From the NCBI GenBank assembly GCA_045545475.1, contig JAZQAZ010000044.1:1-64000 (forward strand): DNA of 64,000 nt. The letters are read 5' to 3'. Within the stretch, counting starts at the first letter, position 1, and each line of letters begins with the position of its first letter. Source of the DNA: Clostridia bacterium (GTDB taxonomy: Bacteria > Bacillota > Clostridia > CAKSNL01 > HGM11501). Made by a program: the position numbers and the translations under genes. This document shows positions 38,367 through 48,415 of this stretch, one piece after another. The notes under the pieces are model-generated. The model was not told the origin of the DNA, did not search any database, and saw only the letters and a program-made list of their open reading frames with translations.

Positions 38367-39672
38367 ATATGTTATTAAATACAACCGTAAACTCAGTTCC
38401 TTCTCCCAGCACGCTCTCAACAGTTATATCCGCCTTATTTATAAGTGCGATATGTTTTACTATAGAAAGTCCAAGTCCGGTTCCGTTAACTGTTTTTGAG
38501 TGGCTCTTGTCCACCCTGAAAAATCTTTCAAATATGCGGTTTATATCTTCTTTCGGAATCCCTATTCCCGTATCCTTTACGCTGATTTTGTTGCCTTCCA
38601 CATTAACTCTTACGCTTCCGTTTTCCTTGTTGTACTTTATTGCATTTTCACAAAGATTATATATAAGCTCAACAATCTGATTGTAATTTGCCTCGATAAA
38701 AAAGCTTTTGCCGATGACGTTAAAATCAATATCCCGCTCATCTGCCAGGGACTTAAGCTTATCTTTAACCTCAAGTGCAATTTCTTTCAAATCAATACGT
38801 TCTTTGTCCGTGAGTTGCTGGCCTTCATCAAGTCTCGAAAGCTTTGTTATATCATCGGTAAGAGTTATCAGACGCTTCGTTTCCTTTTCAATCTTTTTTG
38901 TAAATTCAGGAATATCCTCTTTTTTAGCCATGCCACTATTTATGAGCTGTGCATAACCATGTATGGTTGTAAGAGGAGTTTTAAGTTCATGCGATACATT
39001 TGACGAAAACTCCCTCCTTATTTTCTCTGTTTCAGACAGAGTTTTCATCTGCTCTTTAATCTTCTTATTTTGGTCGGTAATACGCTTGACAAAGGGCTTT
39101 ATCTCCTCATATACACTGTCACAATCCCCATCAAACGGATTTATTTCCTCAATGGGTTTCACGATATTTTCAGTAAGCTTTACTGAAATGATGCTGGAAA
39201 GAGCGTATATTAGCAAAGCAATGAGAAGTGTCGGAATAATTACCCCCGCAAAGGCAGTATGTGTTATGTAGCTTTTAGCAGTAACCGCAATTACCGCCCC
39301 TGAATCCATACGTTCAAAATATGTATATCTGCTGTTTGACTCAAAAAACGAATATTCGTTTTTTGATGAAGCACCTTCATTACATGCTTTTGTTACAAGA
39401 CCTATATGGCCTGAAACCGGCTTGATTTCCGGGTTTCCGAAGGTTTCTGATACTCTTCCGTTTTCGTCATAAACCGTTATATTTTTTTCGGAAAAAAAGC
39501 TATCTTTATCGATAGCTTCATAATTTTCCTTTATATATTTTGATAAGTCCATTACTTCAGATTCAAGTCTTCTTCCGGCTATTCCGCTACAGGCAAAATA
39601 AACCGTCAATGCTGTAAGTGCAAGCGTAAACACCGTTATGAAGCTCATATATCTGTAAATTTTTTTATACAT
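38365..39672 (-). CDS. Sensor histidine kinase (PhoR-like)
   Basis: Two TM segments; H-box NVSHELKTPLT; NAIKYN, DTGIGI, FERFFRVDKS, GTGLGL. Confidence 0.9.
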   Translation of the reverse strand: MYKKIYRYMSFITVFTLALTALTVYFACSGIAGRRLESEVMDLSKYIKENYEAIDKDSFFSEKNITVYDENGRVSETFGNPEIKPVSGHIGLVTKACNEGASSKNEYSFFESNSRYTYFERMDSGAVIAVTAKSYITHTAFAGVIIPTLLIALLIYALSSIISVKLTENIVKPIEEINPFDGDCDSVYEEIKPFVKRITDQNKKIKEQMKTLSETEKIRREFSSNVSHELKTPLTTIHGYAQLINSGMAKKEDIPEFTKKIEKETKRLITLTDDITKLSRLDEGQQLTDKERIDLKEIALEVKDKLKSLADERDIDFNVIGKSFFIEANYNQIVELIYNLCENAIKYNKENGSVRVNVEGNKISVKDTGIGIPKEDINRIFERFFRVDKSHSKTVNGTGLGLSIVKHIALINKADITVESVLGEGTEFTVVFNNI

Positions 39673-39675
39673 ATC

Positions 39676-40335
39676 TTACCCCAGCTTATATCCTACATTA
39701 CGGACAGTTTCAATATATTCTCCCGCAACTCCCAGCTTTTTCCTCAATGTTCTCACATGCACATCCAATGTGCGGGATTCGCCTTCAAAATCAGTTCCCC
39801 AGACATGGTTCAACAGCTTTTCTCTGCTTACCACAGTTCCTTTGTGGGAAAGCATATAATTCAGCATTTCAAACTCTTTATAGGTAAGAGCGATATTTTC
39901 GCCGGATACAGTAACCCTTCTTTCTTCGTAATTAAGCGAAAGCTCCTTATATCCGTCACCGCTTTCGGAAGAATGACTTCTTCTCAAAACGGCGCGGATT
40001 CTCGACACCAACTCAAGCACATCAAAGGGTTTTGTTATATAGTCATCTGCTCCGGCATCAAGTCCCTTTACCTTATCCATCCGGTCAGACTTTGCTGTCA
40101 GCATAATTACAGGTAACGAATTATCATTTTTTCTTACTGCCTTAAGTATTTCCATTCCGTCAGTTCCCGGCAGCATTATATCAAGCAGAACAAGATCAGG
40201 CTTTTTTTCTGCCATAGCGGCAAAAAAACTTTCAGCATCTTCAAAAGCTTCTGTCTCAAAACCTACAGAGTTAAGTGTATAGCCGATAAGCTCCCGAATC
40301 CCGGAATCATCCTCGACGCAATAAATCAAGCTCAT
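39676..40335 (-). CDS. OmpR/PhoB family response regulator (PhoP-like)
   Basis: VEDD, LLDIMLP, GADDYITKPF, SRTLDVH, ETVRNVGY; ATG 40335. Confidence 0.92.
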   Translation of the reverse strand: MSLIYCVEDDSGIRELIGYTLNSVGFETEAFEDAESFFAAMAEKKPDLVLLDIMLPGTDGMEILKAVRKNDNSLPVIMLTAKSDRMDKVKGLDAGADDYITKPFDVLELVSRIRAVLRRSHSSESGDGYKELSLNYEERRVTVSGENIALTYKEFEMLNYMLSHKGTVVSREKLLNHVWGTDFEGESRTLDVHVRTLRKKLGVAGEYIETVRNVGYKLG

Positions 40336-40349
40336 ACTTACGCCCCTTA

Positions 40350-42116
40350 TCAAAGAGAGTATTTAGCTTTATACTGGTCGTAAAGCTCGAAAAATTCGTT
40401 TTCTCCGTCTTCCTTAACGTGGCTTAAATACTCATGTGTATCCAATGCACCTTGTGCAATTTCAAGAAGACATACCGCAATATTTGAACAATGGTCTGCC
40501 ACACGCTCAAAGTTTGTAAGAAGGTCTGATAACACAAATCCGTATTCCATTGTGCAGTTTCCCTCTTTAAGTCTCTTGATGTGATTATTCTTAATTTGAC
40601 GTTTAAGCTTGTCAATAACCTGCTCCAGCGGTTCAACTTTTTTCGCAATTTCAAGGTTATTATCCATAAGAGCGTGTACAGCCAGGAGAAGAACCTCACG
40701 TGTTGCCGCAGAAATTATCTCAATATCGTGCTTTGCATCAGCTGAAAATTCTATGCCTTTTTCATTTATTTCCTCAGCTGCTTCGCATATATTTACCGCA
40801 TGGTCAGAAATTCTTTCAATATCGCCGACACAGTGAAGAAGGCTTGTAACCTCACGGCTGTCCTTCGAAGATAAATCCTGACCGGATACTTTAACAAGAT
40901 AGGAGCTTATCTTATCTTCGTAACGGTCAACTTCTCCTTCTTCCTTCCCTACTCTTTCAGCCACAGTCTTATCATATTTTTCAATAAGTTCTGCCGCACT
41001 CTCAAAAGAACGCTGAGCAATAAGTGCCATATCGCAAACCAGATGACGGCTTGTGTCTATAGCGAATGACGGAATAGATATAAAGCGTTCATCAAGTGCA
41101 GAAAATGCATCATTCTTTTCTTCTTCCTTCTGATTTTTCTTTCCACCTATAACCTTAACAGAAATTTTCTCGATAAATCCGCAGAAAGGTATAAGTACTA
41201 CGGTTGTGAGTATGTTGAATGCGGTATGAACAAATGCAATCCAGAAAGGATCAATTATCGCTTCCATAAATGCAAAGTTCACAAATGCATGAAGGATGTA
41301 AAATACAGGTGTAACAATTACAACTCCCAGCATTTTTATAAGGAGACATGCAAAAGCAACTCTCTTTGAATCTCTGTTTCCGCTGATGGAAGATAATATA
41401 GGAGTTATCGTAGTACCGATATTCTGTCCCATAATAATCGGAATCGCTGTAGCGAAATTGATTGCTCCTGTCATGGAAAGAGCCTGAAGAATACCAACAG
41501 AGGCCGAAGACGACTGGAGTACTGCAGTAAGAATTGTTCCCACCAATATACCCATTATGGGGTTTTCAAACATAACAAGCATTTCTTTAAACCACGCCGC
41601 ATCCTTAAGTCCCGATACTGCATCACTCATAGATTCCATACCAAACATCAGTACAGCAAAGCCAAGCAAAATAAGAGCTATGTTTTTTTTCTTGTCGGAC
41701 TTGCTGAACATCGTTATCGCAACGCCTATTACCGCAAGTATGGGAGTAAATGATGACGGTTTAAAAAGGTCAAGCCACCAAATTCCTCCGCCGTCAATCG
41801 CAGATGTACTGAGTAACCATGCGGTAACCGTTGTTCCCACATTCGCACCCATTATGATGCTTATCGTCTGTCCAAGCTTCATTATTCCCGAGTTTACAAA
41901 ACCCACCAACATAACTGTTGTAGCAGAAGATGACTGGATAATTGCGGTTACTCCGAAACCAAGCAAAAAACCTTTGAAACGATTTGATGTAAGTTTCGCA
42001 AGAATTGACTCAAGCTTTCCCCCTGCCAGCTTTTTAAGTCCGTCACCCATAACATCCATTCCGTAAAGGAATAGTGCCAGACCGCCAACTAATGTGAGTA
42101 TTTCAAAAATCCCCAT
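40350..42116 (-). CDS. Na/Pi cotransporter family protein with C-terminal PhoU-like domains
   Basis: GGLALFLYGM, QSSSATTV, GANVGTT and second repeat QSSSAS/GQNIGTT; DIERISDH and ERVADH PhoU motifs; ATG 42116 after AAGGAG. Confidence 0.92.
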   Translation of the reverse strand: MGIFEILTLVGGLALFLYGMDVMGDGLKKLAGGKLESILAKLTSNRFKGFLLGFGVTAIIQSSSATTVMLVGFVNSGIMKLGQTISIIMGANVGTTVTAWLLSTSAIDGGGIWWLDLFKPSSFTPILAVIGVAITMFSKSDKKKNIALILLGFAVLMFGMESMSDAVSGLKDAAWFKEMLVMFENPIMGILVGTILTAVLQSSSASVGILQALSMTGAINFATAIPIIMGQNIGTTITPILSSISGNRDSKRVAFACLLIKMLGVVIVTPVFYILHAFVNFAFMEAIIDPFWIAFVHTAFNILTTVVLIPFCGFIEKISVKVIGGKKNQKEEEKNDAFSALDERFISIPSFAIDTSRHLVCDMALIAQRSFESAAELIEKYDKTVAERVGKEEGEVDRYEDKISSYLVKVSGQDLSSKDSREVTSLLHCVGDIERISDHAVNICEAAEEINEKGIEFSADAKHDIEIISAATREVLLLAVHALMDNNLEIAKKVEPLEQVIDKLKRQIKNNHIKRLKEGNCTMEYGFVLSDLLTNFERVADHCSNIAVCLLEIAQGALDTHEYLSHVKEDGENEFFELYDQYKAKYSL

Positions 42117-42173
42117 AATTACTTCTCCTTTTCTGTAAAGTATAATATTCCTATTATGATGATACCTCAGAAA

Positions 42174-42213
42174 TGTAAAATTCACAATCTCTGAAATGTA
42201 AAATTTATGTTAA
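42174..42213 (-). promoter_or_regulatory. Putative PhoP box
   Basis: Minus strand TTAACA-TAAAT-TTTACA (42213-42197) plus another TTTACA (42179-42174). Confidence 0.55.
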
Positions 42214-43361
42214 ATTCCAAGTTCTTTCATAAGGCCAAGAACTTCTTCTTTTTTCGACGCTCTTAAAGACATATTGGCCTTTATTTCAATTTTTACCCTT
42301 TCACGCTTCTCTTTATTGAAAATTTTCATCCAACGCTTAATCATACAATACGGTATGAGCACGGGATATTTTTTTATTTCCGGGTAAAAAAACATCAATG
42401 TGTGCTTTTTAATAAAAATCCTGCTTAATATATACTTTAATTTTCCAAATTTTCCGTGTTGTCTTACAGCTATATGCTGTTCCACATTCCCGTAGACTCC
42501 GCCTTCAACAGCAAATGCTCCGGCTCTTTTTGTAAGTTCATCAACATCCTTGCCGTAAAACCACATAGATACTATATTATCAGAAATTTTTCTAAATTGT
42601 ACCAGTCCTCCGTCTTCCAATAATCTGCAAAGCTTATTTTCATCATACATTACATTATTATTTATAAGCCATAAATCTATATAATACCTTACTCCGCATC
42701 CGCCATGAGCGAAATGCTTTGCCATATGGGATAAATGATAAAACACGAAAAGCTCATCAGACATTTCATAACAATACTTTTTTCCGTCAGAAAGCTTCGC
42801 TGTATTCCATACGCTGCTTAGAATTTCATCTGTTTTTTCATCTTCAGACAACCTGTAATGCATTTCTATATGCATTCCCGACTGAGTTCTGACTCCGATA
42901 TCGTGTTTTCCCTTCTCTCCAATTGTATAACCCAGCTTTTCTGAAAACAACTTTGAAACCTCAGGGAGATCTTCTTCGTGCACAAGAATATCTATGTCGC
43001 TACTTGTACGCATCCAACTTTCAGGATAATATTCCTTTATAACGCTTCCTTTAAGAGGCATATATCTTATACCTGCTTCTTCCAGGAGTTCTGCAACCTT
43101 ATTGAATTCACAATCCGTCAACTCTCGTCTGTAAACAGCAGTAACCAGTTGCTTATGAAACTTGCTCCGTACCAAATCAGAAAGTTCGACTCCTGACTTA
43201 TCAAGCCCTAAAGCAATTATTGGCATTATATCATGCAATTTAGCTTTCGCATACAGAAATTTACTTTCCTCTTCGCTGAGGTGCTTATATTCTTCAGATA
43301 GTGCTTCTCCAAGAAAAACAAAACGAAGCAAAGCTAACATAGTTTCAGTTATTTTATCCAT
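42210..43361 (-). CDS. Nucleotidyltransferase family protein (NTP_transf_5-like)
   Basis: PLKG, R.SSDIDIL, IEMH, HMAKH, G.R..IDLW. Confidence 0.8.
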   Translation of the reverse strand: MDKITETMLALLRFVFLGEALSEEYKHLSEEESKFLYAKAKLHDIMPIIALGLDKSGVELSDLVRSKFHKQLVTAVYRRELTDCEFNKVAELLEEAGIRYMPLKGSVIKEYYPESWMRTSSDIDILVHEEDLPEVSKLFSEKLGYTIGEKGKHDIGVRTQSGMHIEMHYRLSEDEKTDEILSSVWNTAKLSDGKKYCYEMSDELFVFYHLSHMAKHFAHGGCGVRYYIDLWLINNNVMYDENKLCRLLEDGGLVQFRKISDNIVSMWFYGKDVDELTKRAGAFAVEGGVYGNVEQHIAVRQHGKFGKLKYILSRIFIKKHTLMFFYPEIKKYPVLIPYCMIKRWMKIFNKEKRERVKIEIKANMSLRASKKEEVLGLMKELGI

Positions 43362-43385
43362 AAAGCTCTCCTCCGTTTCTTTTCA

Positions 43386-44573
43386 TTAATATTTTCTCCA
43401 CACCATTTTATTTACAACGCCTGTATAGGACTGAATGATTTTTACAACCTTTGTTGACACGTTTTCCTCAATATATGTGGGAACGGGAATTCCGTCATCA
43501 GAATTTTTCGTCATGGAAATTGCAGTATCAACAGCTTGAAGAAGGCTTACTTCGTCAATTCCTGCAAGAATAAAGCATGCTTTATCAAGAGCCTCAGGAC
43601 GCTCTGTGCTTGTTCTTATGCACACAGCGGGAAAGCTCTTTCCAAGGGATGTATAGAAGCTGGACTCCTCAGGAAGTGTTCCGGAGTCTGACACCACGCA
43701 AAATGCATTCATCTGAAGGTTGTTATAATCGTGGAAGCCCAAAGGCTCATGCATTATAACACGGCTGTCAAGCTTAAAGCCTGTCGCCTCTAATCTTTTC
43801 TTGCTTCTGGGATGGCAGGAATAAAGGATGGGCATATCATACTTTTCCGCCATTTTGTTTATCGCTGTAAAGAGGCTTAAGAAATTCTTTTCTGTATCAA
43901 TGTTTTCCTCTCTGTGAGCAGAAAGTAACATATATTTTTTCTTTTCAAGGCCTAATCTTTCAAGAACATCGCTCTTTTCGATGTCGGAAAGATTGTTTCT
44001 TAATACCTCAGCCATAGGAGACCCTGTAACGTATGTTCTTTCTTTAGGAAGACCGCACTCATGTAAGTATCTTCTTGCATGCTCCGAATAAGCCAGGTTT
44101 ACATCGGATATTATATCCACAATTCGTCTGTTTGTTTCCTCGGGCAAGCACTCGTCCTTACAGCGGTTTCCTGCTTCCATATGGAAAATCGGAATATGCA
44201 GTCTCTTTGCAGCGATTGCAGAAAGGCAGGAATTTGTATCGCCTAAAATGAGAAGTGCATCGGGCTTTATTTCGTTCATCAGCTTGTAGGAGCAGTTGAT
44301 GATATTTCCCACGGTTGCACCTAAATCGTCGCCAACCGCATCCATATAAACTTCGGGCTCATCAAGCTTCAGATCCCGAAAGAACACACCGTTTAAGTTG
44401 TAGTCATAGTTTTGTCCGGTATGTGCAAGCACAACATCAAAATACTTACGGCACTTATCTATTACCGCAGCAAGGCGGATAATTTCGGGGCGTGTTCCTA
44501 CAATTATTAAAAGCTTTAGTTTTCCGTTGTCTTTGAATTTTACATCAGAATAGTCAAGTTTAATATCCATCAT
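43386..44573 (-). CDS. fnlC: UDP-2-acetamido-2,6-dideoxy-L-talose 2-epimerase (FnlC/CapG, WecB family)
   Basis: VGTRPEIIRL, HTGQNYD, HMEAGNRC, SDSGT; third gene of the fnlABC trio. Confidence 0.88.
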   Translation of the reverse strand: MMDIKLDYSDVKFKDNGKLKLLIIVGTRPEIIRLAAVIDKCRKYFDVVLAHTGQNYDYNLNGVFFRDLKLDEPEVYMDAVGDDLGATVGNIINCSYKLMNEIKPDALLILGDTNSCLSAIAAKRLHIPIFHMEAGNRCKDECLPEETNRRIVDIISDVNLAYSEHARRYLHECGLPKERTYVTGSPMAEVLRNNLSDIEKSDVLERLGLEKKKYMLLSAHREENIDTEKNFLSLFTAINKMAEKYDMPILYSCHPRSKKRLEATGFKLDSRVIMHEPLGFHDYNNLQMNAFCVVSDSGTLPEESSFYTSLGKSFPAVCIRTSTERPEALDKACFILAGIDEVSLLQAVDTAISMTKNSDDGIPVPTYIEENVSTKVVKIIQSYTGVVNKMVWRKY

Positions 44574-45721
44574 TTTACCACCTCAAAAAATGTATCGGGC
44601 TTTTCGGGATTAAATTTTTCATTTGCCCACATGACCGTCACAAGGTCTTCCGTATCGCTTAAGTTTATAATATTGTGGGTATAGCCGGGGAGCATATGCA
44701 CAGCTTCAATTTTTTCGCCTGAAACATAAAACTCCATCACTTCATCTGTGCCTATTTTTCTCATTTGAATAAGACCCTTGCCTGACACAACAATGAAAAA
44801 TTCCCATTTGGTATTGTGCCAGTGCTGTCCCTTTGTAATTCCGGGCTTTGATATATTTACAGACACCTGCCCTACCTTATCACTTCGAAGAATTTCAGTA
44901 AAGCTGCCTCTTGAATCCACATTCATTTTCAATGGGAAAGCTACCTTTTCTTTCGGCAGATACGAAAGATATGTTGAGTAAAGCTTTTTCGCAAAGGAAC
45001 CGTCGGGAATTTCCGGCACAACCAGAGTTTCACTCTGGCGACGGAAGGTATATAAAAGTTCCGTTATTTCGCCAAGGGTAATTCTATGCTCGGCTGAAAC
45101 CTTGCAATACTCCCCTTCTCTGTTTTCCTTGCCCGAAAGAGCCTTTATAAGTTCATCCACAATGTCGTCTATGTAGACGAGAGTCATCATATGCGACGGG
45201 TCATTTACCGTAATTGGTAAATCGTTTGCTATATTATTGCAAAATGTTGCAACTGCACTGTTATAATTAGGCCTGCACCACTTTCCGAAAACGTTGGGAA
45301 AACGGTAAACAAGGGTTTTTACTCCGTTTTCTTTTCCGTAAGCAAAAATAAGGTCCTCCCCCGCTTTTTTGCTGATTCCGTAAGGATTGGTAAGTGCCGC
45401 CTGGATGGAAGATGATACCATAACAGGTGCTTTATTTTCATATTTTTTCAAGGTTTCAAGAAGTTTTTCTGCGAAGCCGAAATTTCCCTTCATAAAGTCT
45501 TCTTCTTTTTCAGGGCGGTTAACTCCTGCAAGATTAAATACAAAATCCGCATTTTGGCACGCTTCCTCGAGCACCGCTTCATCCGTATCTATATCATAGC
45601 AGTAAATTTCTGAAACGATTAAATCTCCGTGAGTTTTATCCCTTCCGTCACGGATATTTTTAAGGGCTTCAACCAGGTTTTTGCCCACAAAACCGCCTGA
45701 ACCTGTTACAAGTATTTTCAT
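44570..45721 (-). CDS. fnlB: FnlB/CapF SDR reductase with C-terminal cupin
   Basis: VTGSGGFVG, LAGVNRP, YG.SK, PNVFGKWCRPNYNS, KGQHWH; ATG 45721. Confidence 0.9.
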   Translation of the reverse strand: MKILVTGSGGFVGKNLVEALKNIRDGRDKTHGDLIVSEIYCYDIDTDEAVLEEACQNADFVFNLAGVNRPEKEEDFMKGNFGFAEKLLETLKKYENKAPVMVSSSIQAALTNPYGISKKAGEDLIFAYGKENGVKTLVYRFPNVFGKWCRPNYNSAVATFCNNIANDLPITVNDPSHMMTLVYIDDIVDELIKALSGKENREGEYCKVSAEHRITLGEITELLYTFRRQSETLVVPEIPDGSFAKKLYSTYLSYLPKEKVAFPLKMNVDSRGSFTEILRSDKVGQVSVNISKPGITKGQHWHNTKWEFFIVVSGKGLIQMRKIGTDEVMEFYVSGEKIEAVHMLPGYTHNIINLSDTEDLVTVMWANEKFNPEKPDTFFEVVK

Positions 45722-45740
45722 TTTCCCATCTTCTTTCCTA

Positions 45741-46790
45741 TCAGTATTTAATTCCTCTCTTATCAAGCTCTTCTCTTATGTAAGATAAAGTAAGAAGCTT
45801 TGCTTTAACTTCCTCCACACCCCAGAGAGCTGTATTGTTGGAATTAAATTCGGTAAGGTGATTGCGCTCAGCATCGCCGTCCTTAAAGTATTTATCATAG
45901 TTAAGTCCGCGGTTATCCGAGGGCACTCTGTAAAATTCGCCCATATCGATGGCGTTTGCACATTCTTCGTTGGTAAGAAGAGTTTCGTAAAGCTTTTCGC
46001 CGTGGCGGATTCCGATGATTTTAATTTCAGCATCGGGATTGAAAAGCTCACATACTGCCTTTGCAAGGGTTTCGATTGTGCAGGCAGGTGCTTTCTGAAC
46101 CAGGATATCTCCCGATACGCCGTTTTCAAAGGCGAATAATACGAGGTCAACTGCTTCGTCAAGACTCATAACAAATCTTGTCATGGAGGGTTCTGTTATA
46201 GTAATTGCCTGTCCGGCCGAAATTTGGTCAATCCAGAGCGGCACAACACTACCTCTTGAGCAAAGCACATTTCCGTAACGTGTGCAGCAGATTTTTGTCT
46301 TATCTGCACTTACTGTACGGCTTTTTGCAACAACAACCTTTTCCATCATTGCCTTACTTGTACCCATAGCGTTTACCGGGTATGCTGCCTTGTCGGTTGA
46401 AAGGCAGACGATGTTTTTAACGCCGGCTTCAATGGCTGCAGTTAATACATTATCCGTTCCGAGCACGTTTGTTTTTACTGCTTCAACCGGGAAAAACTCA
46501 CAGGAAGGAACCTGCTTAAGTGCTGCTGCGTGGAAAATGTAATCAACGCCGTGCATTGCATTTTTAACCGATGCAAGATCTCTTACATCTCCTATATAAA
46601 ACTTTATTTTTTCCGCTACCTCAGGCATTTTAGCCTGAAATTCATGACGCATATCGTCCTGCTTTTTCTCATCTCTGGAAAAAATTCTTATCTCGCCTAT
46701 ATCGGTATTTAAAAATCTGTTCAATACCGCATTACCAAAGGAACCTGTTCCTCCTGTAATAAGCAATGTTTTATCCTTAAAAAGTGACAT
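45741..46790 (-). CDS. fnlA: UDP-GlcNAc 4,6-dehydratase/5-epimerase (FnlA/CapE)
   Basis: TGGTGSFG, SRDEKKQDDMR, HAAALKQVPSCEF, STDKAAYP.NAMG.SK, GIRHGEK. Confidence 0.92.
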   Translation of the reverse strand: MSLFKDKTLLITGGTGSFGNAVLNRFLNTDIGEIRIFSRDEKKQDDMRHEFQAKMPEVAEKIKFYIGDVRDLASVKNAMHGVDYIFHAAALKQVPSCEFFPVEAVKTNVLGTDNVLTAAIEAGVKNIVCLSTDKAAYPVNAMGTSKAMMEKVVVAKSRTVSADKTKICCTRYGNVLCSRGSVVPLWIDQISAGQAITITEPSMTRFVMSLDEAVDLVLFAFENGVSGDILVQKAPACTIETLAKAVCELFNPDAEIKIIGIRHGEKLYETLLTNEECANAIDMGEFYRVPSDNRGLNYDKYFKDGDAERNHLTEFNSNNTALWGVEEVKAKLLTLSYIREELDKRGIKY

Positions 46791-46792
46791 GG

Positions 46793-47416
46793 TTACATCT
46801 CCTTTTCACATAATACACTTTCTATTTTCGCTTTTATCAGCATAAATGCTGCCTCATTCATTCCGCCGTTAACAATAATGTCGGCAAGTTTTTTAGTTGG
46901 CTCAACATATTTTTCATGCATTGGCTTTACCGTGGTTATATACTGCTCCATCACACTTTCAAAAGTTCTGCCACGCTCCTCGGTATCCCTCTTTGCACGC
47001 CTTAAAACTCGCTCGTCCGCATCCGAGTCAACATATATCTTAAGGTCAAAAAGATTTCTTAATTTTTCATTGTAAAACGTAAGTATTCCGTCAACAACCA
47101 CTATTTTTGAGGGCACTACTTTTTTAGTTTCTTTTGCTCTTGTATGCTTTGCAAAATCGTATATAGGGCAAATTACCATTTTCCCTTCTTTAAGATCGGC
47201 AATATGCTCTGCCACAAGATTTAAGTCCATAGCCTCAGGTGCATCGTAATTGATTTTGCACCGCTCCTCATAGCTTATGTCGTCGTGGGGATAATAATAG
47301 TCGTCGCAGTTTATAAGGGTGCAGTCATTTTTGAAACAATCAAGAATTTTTTCCGCAAAGGTACTCTTCCCCGAGCCGCTTCCCCCTGCTATTCCTATAA
47401 TAAAAGAGTTTTTCAT
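46793..47416 (-). CDS. udk: Uridine kinase family protein
   Basis: GIAGGSGSGKST, DDYY, NYDAP, RRAKRD..ERGR, VKPMHEKYVEPTK. Confidence 0.85.
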   Translation of the reverse strand: MKNSFIIGIAGGSGSGKSTFAEKILDCFKNDCTLINCDDYYYPHDDISYEERCKINYDAPEAMDLNLVAEHIADLKEGKMVICPIYDFAKHTRAKETKKVVPSKIVVVDGILTFYNEKLRNLFDLKIYVDSDADERVLRRAKRDTEERGRTFESVMEQYITTVKPMHEKYVEPTKKLADIIVNGGMNEAAFMLIKAKIESVLCEKEM

Positions 47417-47428
47417 TTTTGTTCTCCA

Positions 47429-48415
47429 TCAATCTTTGAACTGACTTTTCCAAGTCCTGATATTTTCTTCATTTATTTTTATATCAGTAGCAAATTCAGA
47501 ATTTATTTTTTCTTCCAGTTTATCAGAGGCACGATCCAGTACATGCAGATTATAACTTTCTGCCATATCTCTTGCTCTGTTGTCCACGGAAAGAATAACC
47601 GTTCTCCTTTTATGCTGCATTGCATAAATTCCCGCATGGAGTCTTGTCCCTACAAAATCCACATCTTTTTCTGAAAGAAACTCAGAATACGCCTTAACCC
47701 CGGGCGATATAACTGTTATATTTTCAGTTTGACAAAATGTACCGAAATATTCCATATCCTTTGTTCCCTGAGGCCAGAAATATACCTTCTTATAGTTTTT
47801 AAGAAGCACCTCTATAAGCCTTTCGTCATGTTCCTTTTTAGCTGAGTAATCAGTAAGGGTTAAAATTACTTCTTCCGCTTTTTTATTAGGAATTTTCGCA
47901 CAATGCTCTTTTGTTAATCCCCAAATTGTGGGACAGCCTGTGTTTATAGCACTTCCTTCTCCTAAAATGCTATCAACAATAAGTTTCGTTCTTTCATCTC
48001 TTACGCTATGCTTATATTCTTTTGATAAAATCTTGGAAAAAAGCAATTTAGAATAAAGAGAAACCTTATTACTTCCCTTTGGAAAAGCCGATGCCCCTAC
48101 TCCTACAAGCACTGAATTTTTATAGCATCCGGAATTAAAAAAGTTTATATTAAAAAACGGCCACGGAATATACATACGATTATTAAGTAAATTTGTTCCG
48201 CATATAAATTTATAATCAGAATCATTAACAAAGTTGTATCTGGGGTTTCTTTTTACCTGCTGGCAAAATGTAAAGCATGGCGTATGTGTGGGAAATTTTG
48301 AAATATAGTTCCCGTCCAGAATATCCTTTGCATTTTTCTCAAACGATTCCATTATTATTCCGTCCCCGTGGTTAAGTGAGCCGACGGAAGTGTCAAAAAG
48401 CACTATTCTTTTCAT
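47429..48415 (-). CDS. Polysaccharide pyruvyl transferase family protein
   Basis: N.GD.II, HSVRD, GTRLHAGI; ATG 48415 after GGAGG. Confidence 0.78.
   Translation of the reverse strand: MKRIVLFDTSVGSLNHGDGIIMESFEKNAKDILDGNYISKFPTHTPCFTFCQQVKRNPRYNFVNDSDYKFICGTNLLNNRMYIPWPFFNINFFNSGCYKNSVLVGVGASAFPKGSNKVSLYSKLLFSKILSKEYKHSVRDERTKLIVDSILGEGSAINTGCPTIWGLTKEHCAKIPNKKAEEVILTLTDYSAKKEHDERLIEVLLKNYKKVYFWPQGTKDMEYFGTFCQTENITVISPGVKAYSEFLSEKDVDFVGTRLHAGIYAMQHKRRTVILSVDNRARDMAESYNLHVLDRASDKLEEKINSEFATDIKINEENIRTWKSQFKD

Noticed and set aside
42210-43361. Lasso-peptide/PqqD-type RiPP cluster around the NTP_transf_5-like gene
   Set aside because: No PqqD, asparagine-synthetase-like cyclase, peptidase or precursor peptide nearby
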